NCBI GenBank assembly: GCA_964291675.2
Contig: OZ219866.1
Span: 2,240,001-2,304,000 of the forward strand
Reading direction: 5' to 3'
Origin: Alphaproteobacteria bacterium
GTDB lineage: Bacteria; Pseudomonadota; Alphaproteobacteria; MPNO01
Length of the DNA: 64,000 nucleotides
Part shown: piece after piece, positions 9,001 to 18,819 of the stretch
Numbering within the stretch: position 1 is the first letter of the stretch
Layout: each line of letters opens with the position of its first letter
Translations under genes and position numbers: made by a program
The notes under the pieces: model-generated
Told to the model about the DNA's origin: nothing
Seen by the model: only the letters and a program-made list of their open reading frames with translations
Database searches by the model: none

Positions 9001-10316
9001 GCGGCCCCGAGCTGGGGGCGGCGGGATTCCTCGTCCTGCTCGTCCTGCTGGCGCTGCGTATCCCGATCGCCGTCGGGCTGATGGTGGTGGGGCTCACCGG
9101 GTACTCGATCATCAACGGGGTCGGCCCGCTCCTCAACTATCTCAAGACCGCGCCGTTCTGGACCTATCACGTCTACGACCTGTCCGTGGTGCCGCTGTTC
9201 ATGCTGATGAGCCAGTTCGCGACCAAGGCCGGGCTCAACGCGGCCCTGTTCCGGGCGGCCAATCTGTGGCTCGGCCACCGGCGGGGCGGCGTCGCCATGG
9301 CCACGGTCGGCGCCTGCGCCGGCTTCGGCGCGATCTGCGGGTCGTCGATCGCAACCGCCGTCACCATGGCGCGGGTCGCGCTCCCCGAGCTCCGCCGCTA
9401 CCGCTATTCCGGAGCGCTGGCGACGGGGACATTGGCCGCCGGCGGTACGCTCGGGATCCTGATCCCGCCCTCCATCGTGCTCGTGCTGTATGCCATCATC
9501 ACCGAGGCCAATATCGTCACCCTGTTCCAGGCCGCGATGGTGCCGGGCATCCTGGCGGCGCTCGGCTATGTGATCGCGATCGGCATCTACGTGCGCTTGC
9601 GTCCCGATGCCGGTCCGGTCGGCGACCGCGCGAGCCGGCGGGAACAGTGGCGGGGCCTGTTCGATGTCTGGCCGGTGCTGCTGATATTCGTCCTGGTCAT
9701 CGGCGGCATCTATGTCGGCATATTCACCCCGACCGAGGGCGCCGCGGTGGGCGCGTTCGGCACCGGGCTGATCGCCTTCGCCAAGGCGCGCATGGGCCTG
9801 CACGATTTTCTCGACTGCCTGGTCGGCACCGCGATCCCCACCGCCGCGATCTTTATGGTCCTGCTGGGCTCGGAATTTTTCAACGCGTTTCTCGGTTTCA
9901 CCCGGATGCCCCTGATCCTGGCCGAGCTTATCGGCGAGAGCGGCCTCAGCCCCATGGCGGTGCTGGCGGTGGTGTTGATCTTCTTCATCGCGCTTGGCTG
10001 CATCATGGACAGCTTCGCGATGATCCTGCTCACCGTCCCCGTGCTGTGGCCGATCATCGCCGGGCTCGACTTCGGGCTCGACGGCGAGGAGACCAAGATC
10101 TGGTTCGGCATCATCGCCCTGATCGTGGTCGAGGTCGGCCTGATCACCCCGCCGGTCGGGCTCAACGTCTTCATCATCAACTCGTTCGCGAAAGACGTGC
10201 CGATGACCGAGACCTACAAGGGGGTGGTCCCCTTCCTGCTGTCGGATGCCGTGCGGGTCGCGCTGCTGGTGCTGTTCCCGGCGCTCACGCTGACCTTTCC
10301 GAGATTGATAGGCTGA
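8997..10316 (+). CDS. dctM: TRAP transporter large permease DctM
   Basis: GGTLGILIPPS, FTPTEGAA, EVGLITPPVGLN; GTGA overlap with dctQ stop. Confidence 0.93.
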   Translation: MSGPELGAAGFLVLLVLLALRIPIAVGLMVVGLTGYSIINGVGPLLNYLKTAPFWTYHVYDLSVVPLFMLMSQFATKAGLNAALFRAANLWLGHRRGGVAMATVGACAGFGAICGSSIATAVTMARVALPELRRYRYSGALATGTLAAGGTLGILIPPSIVLVLYAIITEANIVTLFQAAMVPGILAALGYVIAIGIYVRLRPDAGPVGDRASRREQWRGLFDVWPVLLIFVLVIGGIYVGIFTPTEGAAVGAFGTGLIAFAKARMGLHDFLDCLVGTAIPTAAIFMVLLGSEFFNAFLGFTRMPLILAELIGESGLSPMAVLAVVLIFFIALGCIMDSFAMILLTVPVLWPIIAGLDFGLDGEETKIWFGIIALIVVEVGLITPPVGLNVFIINSFAKDVPMTETYKGVVPFLLSDAVRVALLVLFPALTLTFPRLIG

Positions 10317-10334
10317 GGCGCAGGCGGGCCCGGG

Positions 10335-10958
10335 TCAGCTACAGAAGGGCCAGATCTGATACCAGGAATCGCAGCGGAAGCGCCGCTCGCATTGCGCGAG
10401 CTGCGACCGGTAGCGGCTGGCGGTGTCCCGCACCCGCGCCGCGGTGCGCCGCACCCCCGGCTTCTTCTTCCAACTGCCGCGGCTGTAGCCGCCCCGCCCT
10501 TCGTGATAGGCGAGGTAGAGCCGGTACGCGTCGGTGCGGGGGATCTTCAACTGGCGCCAGGTCTTGTGGTTGTACCAGCCGATGAAGTCGAGCGCGTCCT
10601 CCATGTCCGACCGGCTCCTGAACAGCCGGCCCCGCTCGGCCTGGTACTCCGACCATACCGGGTCCTGGGCCTGGGCGTAGCCCTTGGCCGAGGATACGCG
10701 CCCCCAGGGGATGAACCACAACCACTTGCGCGGCGGACGGGCGTCGGACCGGTAGCTCGACTCGTGGCGCACGAAGGCCATCTGGACGTGCACCGGCGTC
10801 CCCCATTTCTTCGCCGAGCTCCGGGCGTAGTCGTACCAGTCGGGCTCTTGCTCGAAGACCGCGCACAGATCCGCCTGGCGCGTCGGCGGGGCGGAGGCGC
10901 ATCCCGCCACGAGCACCGCCGCGGCGAGGGCGATGCAGATCGCATTGACGGCTTTCAC
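10335..10958 (-). CDS. SLT-like transglycosylase lipoprotein
   Basis: Lipobox LVAGC; HESSY catalytic ES motif, SSAKGYAQA, YLAYHEG. Confidence 0.8.
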   Translation of the reverse strand: MKAVNAICIALAAAVLVAGCASAPPTRQADLCAVFEQEPDWYDYARSSAKKWGTPVHVQMAFVRHESSYRSDARPPRKWLWFIPWGRVSSAKGYAQAQDPVWSEYQAERGRLFRSRSDMEDALDFIGWYNHKTWRQLKIPRTDAYRLYLAYHEGRGGYSRGSWKKKPGVRRTAARVRDTASRYRSQLAQCERRFRCDSWYQIWPFCS

Positions 10959-11210
10959 GGCAGCCGTTGTCCCGGATCCGGTTACAATCCGATTGTACCT
11001 CGCCCGAGGCGTCGCCGCGATGACCGAATGCGACTCAGGCGACGGATTTTCCGTCCGGCGCCGGGCAACCGGGCGGTCGGACTATGGGCGCACGGGGCTA
11101 TCTGCTATCCTCCCTCGATCATGGTCACGGCTCGAGCCCCCGTAGCGGGGGCGGCGGTCATGGCGCGCCAGGATCGCCGGGCCGGCAAGTCGGTGGGGTC
11201 AGGCGGCTGA

Positions 11211-12326
11211 ATGATCGAGAGCGGAACCAGCGTCGTCCGGTTCGACAGGGTTCAGAAGAGCTATGACGGCGAGACGCTGGTCATCAAGGATCTCAACCTG
11301 GAGATCGAGGCCGGCGAGTTCCTGACCATGCTGGGGCCGTCGGGCTCCGGCAAGACCACCTGCCTGATGATGCTTGCCGGCTTCGAGCCGGCGACGCACG
11401 GCGAGATCTATCTCAACGGCAGGCCGATCAACAACGTGGCCCCGCACCGGCGCGATATCGGCATGGTGTTCCAGAACTACGCCCTGTTCCCGCACATGAC
11501 GGTGTCGGAGAACCTGGCATTCCCCCTGCAGGTGCGCAGGCTGTCCAGGGCGGACATCCGGGCCAGGGTCGAGCGGGTGCTCGACATGGTGCGGCTGTCC
11601 GGGTTCGGCAACCGGCGCCCGGCCCAGCTCTCCGGCGGCCAGCAGCAGCGCGTGGCCGTGGCGCGGGCGCTGGTATTCGAGCCCGCGCTGATCCTCATGG
11701 ACGAGCCGCTCGGCGCGCTGGACAAGAACCTGCGCGAGGAAATGCAGTACGAGATCAAGCACATCCACGAGAATCTCGGCGTGACGGTGATCTACGTCAC
11801 CCACGACCAGACCGAGGCGCTCACCATGTCGAGCCGGATCGCGGTCTTCAACGACGGCGTCATCCAGCAGCTGGCGGCCCCGAGCGTCCTCTACGAGGAG
11901 CCCGAGAACTGCTTCGTCGCGCAGTTCATCGGCGAGAACAACCGCTTGCAAGGCACTGTCGAATCGGTACACGGGGAGTTCTGCCGGGTGGCGCTCGACG
12001 ACGGGGAAACGATCCGCGCGCTCAAGGTGAACGTGGACGGCGAGAGCGAGCCGACGACGCTCTCGCTCCGCCCCGAACGGATCGCCATCGACCCCAACGG
12101 GGAGGCGGCGGACAACCTCGTCAGCGGCCGCGTCGAGGAGCTGATCTATCTCGGCGACCACATCCGCGCCCGCCTCACCGTTGCCGGCAACGACGCGTTC
12201 ATCGTCAAGGTGCCCAACGCCCAGGGGCACGCGTCGCTGCGCGAAGGCGCGCGGGTTCGCCTCGGCTGGGCGGCGGAAGACTGCCGGGCGCTCGATGCGC
12301 CCGGAACCGGGTCCGCGCCCGGATAG
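11211..12326 (+). CDS. Polyamine-type ABC transporter ATP-binding subunit (PotA-like)
   Basis: [35 protein letters not shown]-terminal TOBE-like region. Confidence 0.95.
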   Translation: MIESGTSVVRFDRVQKSYDGETLVIKDLNLEIEAGEFLTMLGPSGSGKTTCLMMLAGFEPATHGEIYLNGRPINNVAPHRRDIGMVFQNYALFPHMTVSENLAFPLQVRRLSRADIRARVERVLDMVRLSGFGNRRPAQLSGGQQQRVAVARALVFEPALILMDEPLGALDKNLREEMQYEIKHIHENLGVTVIYVTHDQTEALTMSSRIAVFNDGVIQQLAAPSVLYEEPENCFVAQFIGENNRLQGTVESVHGEFCRVALDDGETIRALKVNVDGESEPTTLSLRPERIAIDPNGEAADNLVSGRVEELIYLGDHIRARLTVAGNDAFIVKVPNAQGHASLREGARVRLGWAAEDCRALDAPGTGSAPG

Positions 12327-12389
12327 CGCGGTATTTGCATTGGGACCGGACGGGCCGGTCCAACGGAGCGTTCAACGAGGAGATGCCCA

Positions 12390-13493
12390 ATGAAACATGC
12401 GTTCAAACCCCTGGCAACGGCGGCCGCCCTCGCGCTGGCGGCCGGCGGCGCGCACGCGCAAAACCTGACCATCGTGTCCTGGGGCGGCGCCTATACGGCG
12501 AGCCAGCAGAACGCCTACCACGACCCCTACATGGCCGCGAACCCGGGCGTGAAGATCATCAGCGACGATTCGGCCGCCGAGGGTCTTGCCAAGCTGAGGG
12601 CCCAGGTCGAGTCCGGCAAGGTGACCTGGGATATCGTCGACATGGTGGCCGCCGATGCGATCGTCGCCTGCGACGAGGGGCTGCTCGAGCCGGTCGAGCC
12701 GGATAGCTGGCTGGCCGCCGCGCCGGACGGCACGCCGGCGTCCAAGGACTTCATCGCCGGCACGCTCACCATCGGCGGAACCAACTGCTTCATCCCGCAG
12801 ATCGTCTATTCGACGACCTTCGGCTACCGCACCGACGCCTTCAAGGGCAGGCAGCCGTCGACCATCGCGGACGTGTTCGACATGAAAACCTTCCCCGGCA
12901 AGCGGGCGCTGGAGAAGAAGCCGATCGCGAACCTGGAATGGGCGCTGATCGCCGACGGCGTTCCGGGCAAGGACGTGTACAAGGTGCTGGCCACGCCGGA
13001 AGGCGTGACGCGGGCATTCGCCAAGCTCGACACCATCAAGGACCATGTCGTCTGGTGGACCAAGGGCGCGCAGCCGCCGCAGCTCCTGGCGGACGGCGAG
13101 GTCGTCATCGCCTCGGCCTATAACGGCCGCCTGTTCTCGGCGATCGTCGAGAAGAAGCAGCCGATCGCCATGCTGTGGGACTGGCAGGCGTTCGATCTGG
13201 ACGGATGGGTGGTCCCCAAGGGAGCCGAGCAGCTCCCGGCCATCAAGAAATACCTGCGCTTCGCCACCGATACGCAGCGGCTGGCCGACCAGGCGAAATA
13301 CATCTCCTACGGTCCGGCGCGCAACTCGTCGATCGCGCTGGTGGGCAAGCATGCCAAGCTCGGCATCGACATGAAGCCGCACATGCCGACCAACCCCAAG
13401 AACGCGAAGACCATCCTGATCTTCGACTATGTGTGGTGGGCGGACCATCGCGCGGAGCTTGACGAGCGCTTCAACGCCTGGCTCGCCAAGTAG
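12390..13493 (+). CDS. Polyamine-type ABC transporter substrate-binding protein (PotD/PotF-like)
   Basis: Signal peptide, VSWGGAY, FPGKRAL, QLLADGEV, ERFNAWLAK. Confidence 0.92.
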   Translation: MKHAFKPLATAAALALAAGGAHAQNLTIVSWGGAYTASQQNAYHDPYMAANPGVKIISDDSAAEGLAKLRAQVESGKVTWDIVDMVAADAIVACDEGLLEPVEPDSWLAAAPDGTPASKDFIAGTLTIGGTNCFIPQIVYSTTFGYRTDAFKGRQPSTIADVFDMKTFPGKRALEKKPIANLEWALIADGVPGKDVYKVLATPEGVTRAFAKLDTIKDHVVWWTKGAQPPQLLADGEVVIASAYNGRLFSAIVEKKQPIAMLWDWQAFDLDGWVVPKGAEQLPAIKKYLRFATDTQRLADQAKYISYGPARNSSIALVGKHAKLGIDMKPHMPTNPKNAKTILIFDYVWWADHRAELDERFNAWLAK

Positions 13494-13502
13494 AGCGTTT
13501 CC

Positions 13503-13538
13503 GGCCGGGCGGCAGGCTTCCGAGCCGCCCGCCCGGCC
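13503..13538 (+). terminator. GC-rich hairpin after SBP gene (attenuator or mRNA-stabilising stem)
   Basis: GGCCGGGCGG...CCGCCCGGCC 10-bp outer stem just after the SBP stop, followed by pyrimidine-rich ATTCTCTCC. Confidence 0.45.
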
Positions 13539-13574
13539 ATTCTCTCCTCCCGGCCCGGCAAGCGGCGCGTCCGG

Positions 13575-14837
13575 ATGGCGACGACAACCGACGGGGCGAT
13601 GCGAACGGCCGACGGCCTGCCGCTGAAGGTCAGCCTTCAGAAGGCGCTGATGCGCAGCCGGCTCCGGGCGGCGTTGCTGGTCCTGCCCCTGCTGGGCTTT
13701 CTCCTGGTCGCGTTCCTGCTGCCCATCGGCGACATGCTGTTCCGCAGCGTCGACAACCGGATCGTCGGGTCGATCCTGCCGCGCACCGCGGTGGCCATCC
13801 AGAGCTGGGACGCCGAGGGAACGGAGCTCCCGGACGAAGCCGTCTTCGAAGCTCTGGTCCGCGACATGCAGGCGGCCGCCAAGGAACGGACGCTCGGCCG
13901 CGCGGCCCGCCGGCTGAACTACGAAAAGCCCGGCATGTCGAGCCTGTTCCGCAAATCGGGCAGGCGGGCGAAGCGGATAACCGGACCGTCCTGGCGGGAT
14001 TCATTGATCGCGGTCGACAAGCGCTGGGCGGACATCAACGTGTGGCGCCTGATCCACCGCGAGTCGGGTGCCCTGACGGGCGGCTACTTCCTCGCCGCCG
14101 TCGACATGAAGCTGGACAACCGGGGCGAGATCGTCAGGCAGTCGGAGGCGCGACGCATCTACCTCACGCTGTTCTGGCGCACGCTGTGGATGAGCGGGCT
14201 GATCACCGTGCTCTGCCTGCTGCTCGCCTACCCGGTTGCCTACCTCCTGGCCACGCTGCCGCTCCGGGTGAGCAATCTGTTGATGATCCTCGTCCTGCTG
14301 CCGTTCTGGACGTCGCTGCTGGTGCGGACCACGTCATGGATCGCGCTCTTGCAGACCGAGGGCGTGCTGAACGACCTGCTGGTCTTCACCGGGCTGATCT
14401 CGGAGGACGGGCGGCTGCAGATGATCCACAACAAGTTCGGCACCTTCGTGGCGATGGTTCACATCCTGCTGCCCTTCATGATCCTGCCCCTCTACTCGGT
14501 GATGAAGACGATTCCCCCGTCCCTGATGCGCGCCGCCCGCTCGCTCGGCGCGACGCCGTTCACCGCCTTCGTCCGGGTGTACATGCCGAACACGGTCTCC
14601 GGCGTCGGCGCCGGCTGCATCATGGTGTTCATCCTCTCCATCGGCTACTACATCACGCCGGCGCTGGTCGGCGGGCGCACCGGGACCTTCATCTCCAATT
14701 TCATCGCCATCCATGTGAGCGAGACCCTCAACTGGGGTCTCGCGGCCGCGCTCGGCGTCCTTCTGCTCGGCCTGGTGCTGGCGCTCTATCTGCTCTACGA
14801 CCGGATCGTGGGCATCGACAACATGAAGCTTGGCTGA
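13575..14837 (+). CDS. ABC permease, PotB-like with large periplasmic insert
   Basis: LPFWTSLLVR, LPFMILPLY, AARSLGA (EAA loop), GYYITPALVGG. Confidence 0.92.
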   Translation: MATTTDGAMRTADGLPLKVSLQKALMRSRLRAALLVLPLLGFLLVAFLLPIGDMLFRSVDNRIVGSILPRTAVAIQSWDAEGTELPDEAVFEALVRDMQAAAKERTLGRAARRLNYEKPGMSSLFRKSGRRAKRITGPSWRDSLIAVDKRWADINVWRLIHRESGALTGGYFLAAVDMKLDNRGEIVRQSEARRIYLTLFWRTLWMSGLITVLCLLLAYPVAYLLATLPLRVSNLLMILVLLPFWTSLLVRTTSWIALLQTEGVLNDLLVFTGLISEDGRLQMIHNKFGTFVAMVHILLPFMILPLYSVMKTIPPSLMRAARSLGATPFTAFVRVYMPNTVSGVGAGCIMVFILSIGYYITPALVGGRTGTFISNFIAIHVSETLNWGLAAALGVLLLGLVLALYLLYDRIVGIDNMKLG

Positions 14838-15693
14838 GCCGATGCCTCCGCCGCCCTACGCCTCCCCGACGGAAAAGGCGTGGCATTACGCCTATCGGGT
14901 CGTCTGCGCGGCGATCTTCGTGTTCCTGATCGGGCCGATATTCGTGATCGTCCCGTTGAGCTTCAACGAGCTGCCCTATTTCACCTTCACCCCGGAGATG
15001 CTGTCCCTCGACCCGGCCGGCTACAGCACCAAGTGGTATGCCGAGTTCTTCGCCGAGGATTCATGGCAGCAGGCGGTGCAGAACAGCCTCGTCATCGCCG
15101 TCTTCGCGACGCTGATCTCGACCTTTCTCGGCACGCTGGCGGCGCTCGGGCTGAGCCGCTCCGAGATGCCCTTCAAGACCGGCATCATGGCGGTGCTGAT
15201 TTCGCCGATGATCGTACCGCTGATCATCTCGGCCACGGGCATGTACTTCTTCTACACCCGCATCGGGATCTCCTCGACGCATCTGGGCGTGATCGTCGCG
15301 CACGCCGCGCTCGGGACCCCGTTCGTGCTGATCACCGTCACCGCGACGCTGGTCGGGTTCGATCGGTCCCTGACCCGGGCCGCGGCCAGCCTCGGCGCCA
15401 GCCCGGTACAGACCTTCTTCAGGGTGACGATGCCGCTGATCCTGCCGGGCGTCGTATCCGGGGCGTTGTTTGCCTTCATCACCTCCTTCGACGAGGTGGT
15501 CGTGGTGCTGTTCGTCGGTTCGGTGGAACAGCGCACCATCCCGTGGAAGATGTTCTCGGGCATCCGGGAAGAGATCCGCCCGACCATTCTCGCCGTGGCG
15601 ACGCTGCTCGTCGGGGTCTCGATCCTGCTCCTGACGACGCTGGAGCTGCTGCGCCGGCGCGGCGAGCGGTTGCGCGGCATCGCGCCACGCTGA
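14830..15693 (+). CDS. ABC permease, PotC-like
   Basis: SPMIVP, AAASLGA, AFITSFDEV; start may be ATG 14842. Confidence 0.92.
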   Translation: MAEPMPPPPYASPTEKAWHYAYRVVCAAIFVFLIGPIFVIVPLSFNELPYFTFTPEMLSLDPAGYSTKWYAEFFAEDSWQQAVQNSLVIAVFATLISTFLGTLAALGLSRSEMPFKTGIMAVLISPMIVPLIISATGMYFFYTRIGISSTHLGVIVAHAALGTPFVLITVTATLVGFDRSLTRAAASLGASPVQTFFRVTMPLILPGVVSGALFAFITSFDEVVVVLFVGSVEQRTIPWKMFSGIREEIRPTILAVATLLVGVSILLLTTLELLRRRGERLRGIAPR

Positions 15694-15718
15694 GCGGCCC
15701 CGCGAAGGAGGCACGGCA

Positions 15719-16921
15719 ATGGAACAGCTCAAGAGCATCCGGAACGGCGCCAAGGTCGTGCCCACCTTCTCCGACGCCGAGATGAACCGCCGCCTGGAGG
15801 CGCTGCGCGCCCACATGGCCGACAGACAGGTCGATGTCTGCCTGTTCACCTCGCATCACAACATCAACTATTTCAGCGATTTCCTCTACTGCGCCTTCGG
15901 GCGCAATTACGGGCTGGCGGTCGGCCAGGAGGGACAGACCACGATTTCCGCCAATATCGACGGCGGCCAGCCCTGGCGGCGCAGTTTCGGGGACAACGTC
16001 GCCTACACCGACTGGCACCGGGACAACTTCTTCGCCGCCGTCAAGAGCCTGATCCCGGACGGATCGCGGGTCGGCATCGAGTACGACCACGTCACCGTCG
16101 AGAACCTGCGCAAGCTGCAAGGCGCGCTGCCGAGCGCGGAGCTGGTCGATGTGGGCAAGGCGACGATGCGCATGCGCATGGTCAAGTCCAAGGAGGAGAT
16201 CGCCTGGATCCGCGAGAGCGCGCGCATTGCCGATATCGGCGGCGCGGCCTGCGTGGAAGCCATCGCCGTCGGCGTGCCGGAATACGAGGTGGCGCTGCAT
16301 GCCACGAGGGCCATGGTGCGCGAGATCGGCGGCAGCCAGCCGCATGTCGAGCTGATGGACACATGGACCTGGTTCCAGTCCGGCATCAACACCGACGGCG
16401 CCCACAACCCGGTCACCTCGCGCAGGATCGAGCGCGGCGACATCCTGAGCCTCAACTGCTTCCCGATGCCGGCGGGCTACTACACGGCGCTCGAGCGAAC
16501 CCTGTTCGCCGAAGAGTGCTCGGACGAGCACCTCCGCCTCTGGGAGATCAACGTCGAGGTGCACGAGGCGGGGATCGGCCTGATCCGGCCGGGGGCGCGG
16601 TGCTGCGACATCGCGGCGGAGCTCAACCGGATCTATGCGCGTCACGGCCTGCTGGAGAACCGGACCTTCGGATACGGCCACAGCTTCGGCGTGCTCTGCC
16701 ACTATTACGGCCGCGAGGCGGGGCTCGAGCTGCGCGAGGACGTGACGACCGTGCTCCAGCCCGACATGGTGGTGTCGATGGAGCCGATGATCATGATCCC
16801 CGAGGGCCGCCCAGGCGCCGGCGGCTATCGCGAGCACGACATCCTGGTGGTGACCGAGGACGGGGCCGAGGACATCACCCGGTTTCCCTACGGGCCGGAG
16901 CACAACATCGTCTGCAAGTGA
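15719..16921 (+). CDS. Creatinase (creatine amidinohydrolase, M24 fold)
   Basis: Diagnostic creatinase sequence: NGAKVVPTFS, ELMDTWTWFQSGINTDGAHNPVT, YYTALERT, GYREHD, FPYGPEHNI. Confidence 0.93.
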   Translation: MEQLKSIRNGAKVVPTFSDAEMNRRLEALRAHMADRQVDVCLFTSHHNINYFSDFLYCAFGRNYGLAVGQEGQTTISANIDGGQPWRRSFGDNVAYTDWHRDNFFAAVKSLIPDGSRVGIEYDHVTVENLRKLQGALPSAELVDVGKATMRMRMVKSKEEIAWIRESARIADIGGAACVEAIAVGVPEYEVALHATRAMVREIGGSQPHVELMDTWTWFQSGINTDGAHNPVTSRRIERGDILSLNCFPMPAGYYTALERTLFAEECSDEHLRLWEINVEVHEAGIGLIRPGARCCDIAAELNRIYARHGLLENRTFGYGHSFGVLCHYYGREAGLELREDVTTVLQPDMVVSMEPMIMIPEGRPGAGGYREHDILVVTEDGAEDITRFPYGPEHNIVCK

Positions 16922-16950
16922 CGGGGCGGTGGGGCGGGCAAGGCCCGCGT

Positions 16951-18063
16951 CTATTCGAGGCGCGCCACCACGAGCTCCTGGAAGCGGCGCACCGAGTCCT
17001 CCCACACCGGAGAGAGCACCCCGCCCCCCGCGGCGTCGGATGCGCGCCCGGTCTGGAGCCGTTCGCAGATGTCCCGGTCCTCGCGATGCACGTCGCGCCA
17101 CAGCCCGACCAGGCGCTCGGTGTCCTCGGCGGAGACCGGGCCCGGCCCGAGGCGGTAGATGGCGCGGCGCTGGCGGGTGCGGCCCGGCGCCGACGGGATG
17201 TTCAGGTGCACCCCGATTTGGTCGGGGAGGTAGAGCCCGAGCACGAAGTTGGGAAACAGGGTCAGGTAGCGGGAATCCGCCGACAGCGTGTCTTCCCGCT
17301 TCGCATCGCGCGAGACGTCCACCGCGCACCCCAGACAGCCCGGATCGACGATCGTGTAATGGTCGGCGAGCGGTTGCTCGGTGGTCGTCGGGTGCACGAA
17401 CTGGACGTGGTAGGGCTCGATGAAGTTCTCGATCAGCAGCTTCCAGTTCGCCGCCACCTCGCCCAGGTCGATGGTGACCAGATGGCGGAGCGCCGCGAGG
17501 TCGAGCCCGTCGAGCCGCTTGACCAGCGGGGCGACGAAGTCCTCCAGCGGCGGCGCGGTCCCGCTCAGATTGACGAAGATCCAGTCGTGCCAGGTCGCCG
17601 ACCTCACGGGGACCAGCCCGTATCGATTGCGGTCGAAACCGGCCGGCGCGGCGTGCAGCGCGCTTCCCCCGAAATAGGGTGCGAGATGCAGTGCGCCGTC
17701 GAGATCGTAGGTCCAGGAGTGGTAAGGGCAGCGGATCTTCGATCCCAGATTGCCCGGCTCGTCGACCAGCTTGAGGCAGCGGTGGCGGCACACGTTGTGG
17801 AACGCGCGAACCTGACCCTCGGCATCGCGAACCAGGAGCACGGGCCGGCCGGCCACGGTGACCGGTACGGCATCGCCGGTCCGGGCCAGCTCCTGCGCAA
17901 AGCCCGCGAACACCCATGCGTCCGGGAACAGCCGCTCGTTCTCCAGCGCGAAGAACGCCTCGCTCGTGTAGGCCGCCCCGGGCAGCCCGCACGCCACCGG
18001 CCCCTCGGCCTCGAACGCCGCGAGCGCCTCCGTCCCCAGGATCGATCGCAGCGACAGGCTCAT
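16951..18063 (-). CDS. Rieske oxygenase alpha subunit, choline monooxygenase / CntA-like group
   Basis: CRH-X17-CPYH; NWKLLIENFIEPYHVQFVH; EDRDICERLQTG. Confidence 0.88.
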   Translation of the reverse strand: MSLSLRSILGTEALAAFEAEGPVACGLPGAAYTSEAFFALENERLFPDAWVFAGFAQELARTGDAVPVTVAGRPVLLVRDAEGQVRAFHNVCRHRCLKLVDEPGNLGSKIRCPYHSWTYDLDGALHLAPYFGGSALHAAPAGFDRNRYGLVPVRSATWHDWIFVNLSGTAPPLEDFVAPLVKRLDGLDLAALRHLVTIDLGEVAANWKLLIENFIEPYHVQFVHPTTTEQPLADHYTIVDPGCLGCAVDVSRDAKREDTLSADSRYLTLFPNFVLGLYLPDQIGVHLNIPSAPGRTRQRRAIYRLGPGPVSAEDTERLVGLWRDVHREDRDICERLQTGRASDAAGGGVLSPVWEDSVRRFQELVVARLE

Positions 18064-18090
18064 TTCGGTCTCCCGAGAGCGCAGACCCGG

Positions 18091-18600
18091 CTAAGGCACG
18101 TGGCGCTTGAGGAGGAACTGGTTCTTGAACATGCCGAGGCGGGTCATGACCTCGACATGCGCGATATCCGAATGGCCGTGGATGTGCTCGTTGAGGAAAG
18201 ACGCGAACTCGGCTTCCTCGTCGCACACCACCTCCACGAGCAGATCGTAACGGCCGCTGACCCACATGACGTAGACCACGGCGGGATAGGGATCGAGCCG
18301 CTGCGCCACCGCCGCGGGGGCGAACCCTGACGCGGTCTTGATGCCGAGCATCGCGTTGGTCTCGTAGTCGACGGCCACCGGGTCCACCAGGGCCACGATG
18401 CGAAGCATGCCGGCCTCGCGCATCCGGGCGACCCGGTTGCGGACGGTACCGCCCGATACGCCGAGCTCCTGTCCGATGACGTCGTAGGCCGCCCGCCCGT
18501 CCTCCCGCAGCCGGCGGATGATCTCCTGGTTGAGACCGTCGTAGGGAGACGACAGCGGCGAGACGTTCTCAGCGGGCACGACGACGGGTGGCACGGTCAA
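18091..18600 (-). CDS. Lrp/AsnC family transcriptional regulator
   Basis: LREDGR...LGVSGGTVRNRV HTH; SGRYDLL RAM-domain motif; start uncertain. Confidence 0.9.
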   Translation of the reverse strand: MTVPPVVVPAENVSPLSSPYDGLNQEIIRRLREDGRAAYDVIGQELGVSGGTVRNRVARMREAGMLRIVALVDPVAVDYETNAMLGIKTASGFAPAAVAQRLDPYPAVVYVMWVSGRYDLLVEVVCDEEAEFASFLNEHIHGHSDIAHVEVMTRLGMFKNQFLLKRHVP

Positions 18601-18679
18601 CCGCCGCGATACCCGCGCCGCGTTCGATGGCGTCGGTTCGGCTCCCGGCGAGCCGGCGGGCGGGTCATGTTCGCCATTG

Positions 18680-18790
18680 CCATATTCACACCATGATGTG
18701 TATGGTCTGCGGAATCATGAGCAATAGTCAACCGATTTTTTGAATTCCTTTGCCAACTGTATTTCAATATTCGGATTCCTCGAGGAAATC
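18680..18790. promoter_or_regulatory. AT-rich divergent promoter region between lrp and the GS-like gene
   Basis: Sharp local AT enrichment (GATTTTTTGAATT, GTATTTCAATATT) in a GC-rich background; imperfect inverted repeat CATATTCACA...TGTGTATG. Confidence 0.5.
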
Positions 18791-18819
18791 GATCGACGGG
18801 AAGGAAGGACAAATACGCG

